A DNA stretch of 64,000 bases, taken from assembly GCA_963691875.1 (NCBI GenBank), contig OY829846.1:2624001-2688000 (forward strand). Reading direction: 5' to 3'. Within the stretch, counting starts at the first letter, position 1; each line of letters begins with the position of its first letter. The stretch comes from Aureliella sp. GTDB lineage: Bacteria; Planctomycetota; Planctomycetia; Pirellulales; Pirellulaceae. This document shows, piece after piece, positions 58,861-64,000 of the stretch. The position numbers and the translations under genes were made by a program. The notes beneath the pieces were generated by a model, which did no database searches, was not told where the DNA came from, and saw only the letters and a program-made list of their open reading frames with translations.

Positions 58861-59421
58861 ATGACCAGCGAACAGGACCTAGTCTCCGACGCTGCAAAGC
58901 GTTTCCTGCGTCAAGACTTCGAGCAGCAGATTGAACCTAAGAACGCTTGCGAACATATGCCGGCGCGTAATCCCGCCTCGGATACTCGATCGTCCGTGTT
59001 GGTGATTGACTCCGAGCCTTTGATGTTAACTGCGATGGGCTCCGTTCTTGACATGCAAGGTCACCGTGCGGTACTGGCTCGCAGTGAGCAAATGGCGATG
59101 AAGTCCATCCAGGCAGGTGAATTCGACGTCATCGTACTGGCGATCGAGAGTTGCGAGAAAGGCTGTGAGTTTGCAGGGAAACTTCGTGGTTTTGAAAACA
59201 CACGCGATATCCCAATACTGTTTCTCATTCCCGAGACGGCCAAAGACTGGGACAAGGCACTTGCTGAGCAAGGCGGCGTCTACAGCATCCAGAAACCCAT
59301 TGAACCGGACGCCCTGACGGAATTAGTCGAGCGCATGCTCGTATTGCCACATGTTGCTCGAAGCCATGCTGGGCTCAAGCCAACTCACTTACGGAGTCAA
59401 ACAGATTGGGTGAAGCTCTAA
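58861..59421 (+). CDS. Single-domain response regulator with a degenerate receiver (pseudo-receiver)
   Basis: VLVID, FDVIVL, TRDIPILFL, IQKP receiver fold; Ala where the phospho-acceptor Asp is expected. Confidence 0.75.
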   Translation: MTSEQDLVSDAAKRFLRQDFEQQIEPKNACEHMPARNPASDTRSSVLVIDSEPLMLTAMGSVLDMQGHRAVLARSEQMAMKSIQAGEFDVIVLAIESCEKGCEFAGKLRGFENTRDIPILFLIPETAKDWDKALAEQGGVYSIQKPIEPDALTELVERMLVLPHVARSHAGLKPTHLRSQTDWVKL

Positions 59422-59701
59422 GCTTGCCCCTGCTTGACATTAGCCAACTGCAGACAGGTAGGTAGTGCAAACGATTGAAATACTCAGACGCCGGTTTTTC
59501 TTTCTTATTCCCGCAATTGTGCGGAATGATCGCGATACACATCCCGTTTACGCACGAATGCCCGATGCCTCACGGCGACACGGCTCAATCAATGCAGAAC
59601 CTAAGGCATCAAGTCGCTTGCGGATCTGCCCGCACTGAGCGACTCTGCTTTAGCCGCCGGTTCTTCTCTTAGCCTTCGGTGTCACACTCATGTCTGCATT
59701 G

Positions 59702-60010
59702 CTAATTTTTCAACAATTCTTCGAAGATGGAAACGATGTTCTTCTGGGCTCGCTCCCAAGCTAACGCCTGAACCACATGTTCCCTCGAAGCAGTTAAAAG
59801 CCGTTCAGCAAGGCCGGGCTCGTCGACCAGTCGGGACAAGGCATCGTTAATCACCCTTCCTGAACCAGGTCGCACCAACAAAGATTGACGCTCATCTTGA
59901 GCCAGCTCCCGCACCCCTGCAAACTCGCTCGCCACGAGTGGATATCCGGTAGACATCGCCTCTAGTACTTTCAACGGGCAGCAGCCTTGTTCGAGATTTC
60001 GATCGTTTCG
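59702..60010 (-). pseudogene. C-terminal fragment of a GT4 family glycosyltransferase
   Basis: QGCCPLKVLEAMSTGYPLVASEFAGVREL...LVRPG...W is the GT-B C-terminal motif; no N-terminal half upstream. Confidence 0.7.
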
Positions 60011-60861
60011 AACGAGCTGCGCGAGCAAGGCGTCGCATTGATCATGCAAACTACAAAACCCGGAACGAGAAACAGGAGGCGAGAGGTGAACGAGAGCTAC
60101 ACCGAGTCCAACCAAATTCAGCCAACGCCCGACGCGATTGAATCCATTTTGTGTGCAGCACCGGGCATCTACCAGAAGCGCAAGTATGTGTTCTATTTCG
60201 AGTTACGACAAATTAGCATTAACGCCAGCGCACCAGTCAAGTCATTCGGAATTCAACTCTGTTTACACAACGCCCCTACCAGGATACAGACAAACTATTC
60301 AACTACCTGGTGTATCGTGTTATCGAAGATTTTGCCGGGGTTGAAATCATCGAGTTATGACTCTCATTTTGGCCAAGTAGTGCCTTTCAATAGCCGGCTG
60401 CGCGGTGGCCGTGCTCCCAGCGATTGTTGCCTTTGCACAAGTTAAGTAGAATCCATAGCTCGGAAGCGTTTGCTAGTCTGGTGACTGCCGCGGTCTTCAA
60501 AGGGGCGGGGCTGTCTCAACAATAGTCAACACATCCTTGTTTTTCTTGGGTCAACTAGCTTTAAGCCAATCTCAATAACCCCCCGAATTCGATCTAATTC
60601 GAAGTAGTTTTGGTAAGTTACCAATGCTGTTAGAGGTTGCTGAATCGACTCGCATGGTAAAGCTCAAGAATTCAGCGAAAGCAGAACTCAAGGTAGAATT
60701 GTTAACGGCTTGAAGATGTTAGCTTTATCAGAATTAATAAAACTAACACTGGATCGGGTCAGGGATTGGCGGCTTGGCTGAGGTCAGGTCGCCTGCTTTT
60801 GCTCCGCTGCTTTGTCGCGTGCATCGCCTTTGTTCGGTTCAGGTAAATTCACCTTAACCGT

Positions 60862-61053
60862 TCACCCAATAGCTCGCTCGACTTCTTCCAACTCAGCCTG
60901 AGATAGCTCCACAACCAACTCAGGCTCTTTCAGATGGTCCGTATCGCCTTCCATGCGTTTGCGATGGTCTTCATTGGATCTTTCATCCCAACACGCTAGA
61001 CGCCTTTCTAGCTTGCTTTGGGGTTGTCTTGGCTTGCTTGCCTTTTGGGTCAT
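60862..61053 (-). CDS. Small hypothetical protein (phage-relic context)
   Basis: MTQKASKPRQ...EEVERAIG with a G-rich stretch before the ATG at 61053; downstream of the capsid fragment. Confidence 0.4.
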   Translation of the reverse strand: MTQKASKPRQPQSKLERRLACWDERSNEDHRKRMEGDTDHLKEPELVVELSQAELEEVERAIG

Positions 61054-61282
61054 CTCACACCCCCCCTGGAAAAGTATTTGGTAGCTCTTAATTATGTGCG
61101 TGACACGATAGGTCGCTGGCAACTTGCCTTGTCAGAATTAGACCACCCCCGGGTGCAACCACTCAGTAGCGTGGCCCCAACGCGAACTCGGATGGGACTC
61201 ACGCACCTGAGCCGTTTTCAATCCAACCCCGATTGGAGCCAGAAGTACAACCTATGGTTGTGTTGTGTTGCCAACCGTTCGG

Positions 61283-61660
61283 CTAGCTGGTGATGCCTGC
61301 GAGACGATGGAAGGCGGAAGGATCCACTACCGCAAAGTCTCCACGCCAGACGACCTTGAAGAATAGGCTGTCTTCCTCGAAGCCAACGTCAGGACTGACT
61401 TCAATCCGCGCCGACTCACGGACGCCGAAGATAGCATTGGAGAAGTCTCCAACCACCGCCTGAGCTAGTGGGCAATTGTTAGTCGAGTAGTACGAAAGAC
61501 CAGCTACCGAACTTGGAGCAGGAACCCAACCCTTCATGCTGTTTGTACCGTCACCGGCAGGAAGCACTTGCAAGTCCTCATAAGCCTGGACGCCAAGAAT
61601 CATGCTGCTTGGTTCGTGGTTTGCCAACCGAACTTGTGCCGCTGCTGATGCAACAGAGTC
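61283..61660 (-). pseudogene. 3' remnant of an HK97-fold phage major capsid gene
   Basis: VAGLSYYSTNNCP...AVVGDFSNAIFGVRESARIEVS...FEEDSLFFKVVWRGDFAVVDPSAF matches the typical capsid C-terminus; resemblance fades upstream of about 61660. Confidence 0.72.
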
Positions 61661-61838
61661 TCGCGATTTCTTTGCGGGGATTCCTTTAGGAATGACTTTC
61701 GAGTAATCAAATTTACGTACACTGTTAATCCAGTCCGTGGCCTCGTCTGGGCGTACATCCTTTTGGGAATGGACGTGTTGCTCGAGGTCACCGGCTCAAA
61801 CTTCTTGCTTTTAATTCTCAAACTGTGGAGATCCACTT

Positions 61839-62300
61839 ATGATGCGTTCTGCTCTTTCGATTGCTTTTGCTCTTGCTTTCACTTCACTCGCGATGGCTCA
61901 TTGCCAAGTGCCTTGTGGCATCTATGGCGATCAGTTGCGTTTTGAACAGATGTTGGAAGATGAGCACACGATCGCCAAGGCGCAAGCTCAGATCAACGAA
62001 ATGACAGCAGGTGAAATTACTGCGCAGAAGGTCAATCAAATGGCTCGTTGGGTTGCTGCCAAGGAGGATCATGCAACAAAAATTCAAAACACCATCGCGG
62101 CCTATTTCATGGCTCAGAGAATCAAGGCTGATAATAAGAATTACGTCAAGCAACTCACTGCAGCTCACACAGTCATGGTAGCAGCCATGAAGTGCAAGCA
62201 GTCTGCTGATCCGGCAACGGCCAAAGTGCTTCAGAAGGCGATTTTCGATCTGTATCGCGCTTATGAAGGTAAGGAGCCTGTGTTCGATCACGAGCACTAA
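61839..62300 (+). CDS. sodN: Nickel superoxide dismutase with a signal peptide
   Basis: Ni-hook HCQVPCGIY directly after the hydrophobic leader ending AMA; RWVAAKEDHA, YFMAQRIK, AMKCKQ. Confidence 0.93.
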   Translation: MMRSALSIAFALAFTSLAMAHCQVPCGIYGDQLRFEQMLEDEHTIAKAQAQINEMTAGEITAQKVNQMARWVAAKEDHATKIQNTIAAYFMAQRIKADNKNYVKQLTAAHTVMVAAMKCKQSADPATAKVLQKAIFDLYRAYEGKEPVFDHEH

Positions 62301-63128
62301 AGGTGTGTCCGACAAGTGTCAGGCGGTATGCAAGTGATTGCGGCTAGTGATTAGCAAGAACAAGCTTTTCTTCGGTAATATGTAGCACACACGTGTCCGT
62401 GTGGATTTAGGACTGATCCGCGTCGCAGTTTTTCTTGCAGTCAGCCGCAAGTTGAACGGTATCTGCAAAGAATTTCGGGACCGTTGTTGGCAAGCTTCAA
62501 ATACTAATTAAGCCAGCAGACTAGTCTTTCTTGTGCTGCTTAGTTGCGAGAAAAAGAGGATGGCTTTTTTTGAGCTCTGATCGCGGCTTAGTTTTTGACC
62601 ATACGGGAAACTGATCTGAATGGCTCCACCGTGTCATTGCCCCGGAGTGAATGCCAAACTAGTGGTATCTATCCAGCCCGTTTTTGCTGATTGGGTCGCC
62701 CGTATCACAGGAAAGCATGACCTGTGCGGATGAAGAGCAATGATTCAAGGACGACTAGGGAATCCGTTTTAGCGTGGTCAGAAGTAGGTAATTGTTCGAC
62801 TGAAAATGCGGAGCTCGTGCTGGATAAGTTACTTGTGACTGTCAATCCGTAGCACCCATGCTGCCACTGCTACGCCATCATTAGGAATCCTATGATCGAA
62901 AATCCCGCACTTTCGCAACGACCGCTATAATTGTTAACGCATCTAATTAACCTTAGGACGAGTAAAGGATTCATAGATCGTTTAGGCAAAGCCCATCAAG
63001 GGCTGGGGGCAATGACGGAATTCGGTAAATGAACCACCTAGAATCAGGCAGCCGGACATGAACTAGCGACCCTAGAAGCCACAAACTTCCTCCGAATGAG
63101 TCAACCTTAATCTGAAACAAGCGGAGCC

Positions 63129-63668
63129 ATGTCTCCACGAACGTACACATTTTTGATCGTCGCCGTCACAGTTTTGACCGCAGGCCAAGTTAAGACAAAC
63201 GCCGGCGTCGTTTTGAATTCCGACGGCTTCGTCAGCTCCTACACAACAGCTGATGACACGTATTATTTTTACCATGCCACCCATAACCAATTATCGGCAT
63301 CCGGTCACCTGGAGACGTTCGACGAGACGGACGCTATAAACTTGGCGGGTGAACTAAGTACAGATATTAAATCCTTTAGCGAAGCCGCAACCAACGTGAC
63401 ATATCTCTTCAACTATGACTTAGCAACCAACGCGATCAACGCGGCAACCATACATCAGTTCAGTAACGCAACCTGGAAAGTCAACGAGAGCTTCGAAACT
63501 AACACCGACCAATTACAGAACGGAAGCCGACTCGTAATTTACGCGTCAACCGAGGCGTCAACCGGGGGCACTGTCCCCGAGCCCAGCACCGCTATCACAA
63601 TGGGCTTGCTAAGCTTGGTTGGTTTTGTAGGTAACCGCCGCCGATGTCGTCAAGGGTCAGCAGCGTAG
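63129..63668 (+). CDS. PEP-CTERM sorting domain protein
   Basis: Signal peptide; C-terminal VPEPST, hydrophobic helix and RRR. Confidence 0.9.
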   Translation: MSPRTYTFLIVAVTVLTAGQVKTNAGVVLNSDGFVSSYTTADDTYYFYHATHNQLSASGHLETFDETDAINLAGELSTDIKSFSEAATNVTYLFNYDLATNAINAATIHQFSNATWKVNESFETNTDQLQNGSRLVIYASTEASTGGTVPEPSTAITMGLLSLVGFVGNRRRCRQGSAA

Positions 63669-63799
63669 CCCAATTTTTTCAGTTCGCTACAAGCCCAGCA
63701 TCTCCATCTTCTCACGTAACCCTCGATCACTTCAAAGATCGAACCTTGCGCTTATAGCCTGTTCACGCGTGAGAGGTATTGCTGTTTTGTTAGCCACGG

Positions 63800-63949
63800 T
63801 CAGTCTTGCGAGGCTGCTGTGGTTTCTCGGCTGGCTGTGATAGCTGCAAGCAGAAAGTCAGCAATAGAGTCGATTGCAGCATCCGTAAGATTGCCACCAA
63901 TTACGGTTATTTTAGATTGCTCCTCAGGCTGTTGCTTTCGGGCTGACAT
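63800..63949 (-). CDS. Small hypothetical protein (49 aa)
   Basis: Hand translation MSARKQQPEEQSKITVIGGNLTDAAIDSIADFLLAAITASRETTAASQD; below the ORF-track cutoff. Confidence 0.35.
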   Translation of the reverse strand: MSARKQQPEEQSKITVIGGNLTDAAIDSIADFLLAAITASRETTAASQD

Positions 63950-64000
63950 GTTGGCTTGCTTCTTGTTCTCGGTTTTGGCTGTTGTGGCTAATTAGGCTTT

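Noticed and set aside
59987..60445. 152-aa plus-strand ORF
   Set aside because: No motif or convincing start, and it overlaps the glycosyltransferase fragment.
62633..63016. 11-bp inverted repeat GTCATTGCCCC/GGGGCAATGAC as MITE ends
   Set aside because: Short enough to occur by chance, and no target-site duplication is evident.

Overview
Bacterial chromosomal window that looks like a Planctomycete (Pirellulaceae-like), judging from the DUF1501/planctomycete-cytochrome pair, REP-like palindromes, a PEP-CTERM gene and the gene order. 1-21.6 kb (minus strand): a type II secretion/pseudopilus cluster (gspD, lipoprotein, giant protein, gspE-F-G-H-I-J-K-L, partial M-like). Its most striking element is a ~2400-aa exported protein with a GspD N0-like domain and about 30 tandem secretin N-domain repeats but no beta-barrel. 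It sits beside a secretin with about 7 N domains and no obvious N0, which suggests a split or extended secretin. 21.9-37 kb: DUF1501 and PSCyt pair, prepilin peptidase, aroK, Gfo/Idh/MocA oxidoreductase, FG-GAP protein, trpE with a structured upstream RNA candidate, mcsA-mcsB without ctsR/clpC, and acs. 37.7-42.2 kb: an outer-membrane barrel, a periplasmic binding lipoprotein and a PAS histidine kinase, with no permease. 42.6-57.2 kb: alternative complex III (actA-B-C-DE-F) joined to an A2-type caa3 cytochrome c oxidase operon. 57.8-59.4 kb: cysE and a pseudo-receiver protein. 59.7-64 kb: a decayed accessory/phage-relic island with a glycosyltransferase fragment, an HK97-type capsid fragment, an exported Ni-superoxide dismutase and a PEP-CTERM gene. 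I saw no rRNA, tRNA, CRISPR array or intact transposase. All calls come from reading motifs by eye, with no database searches.
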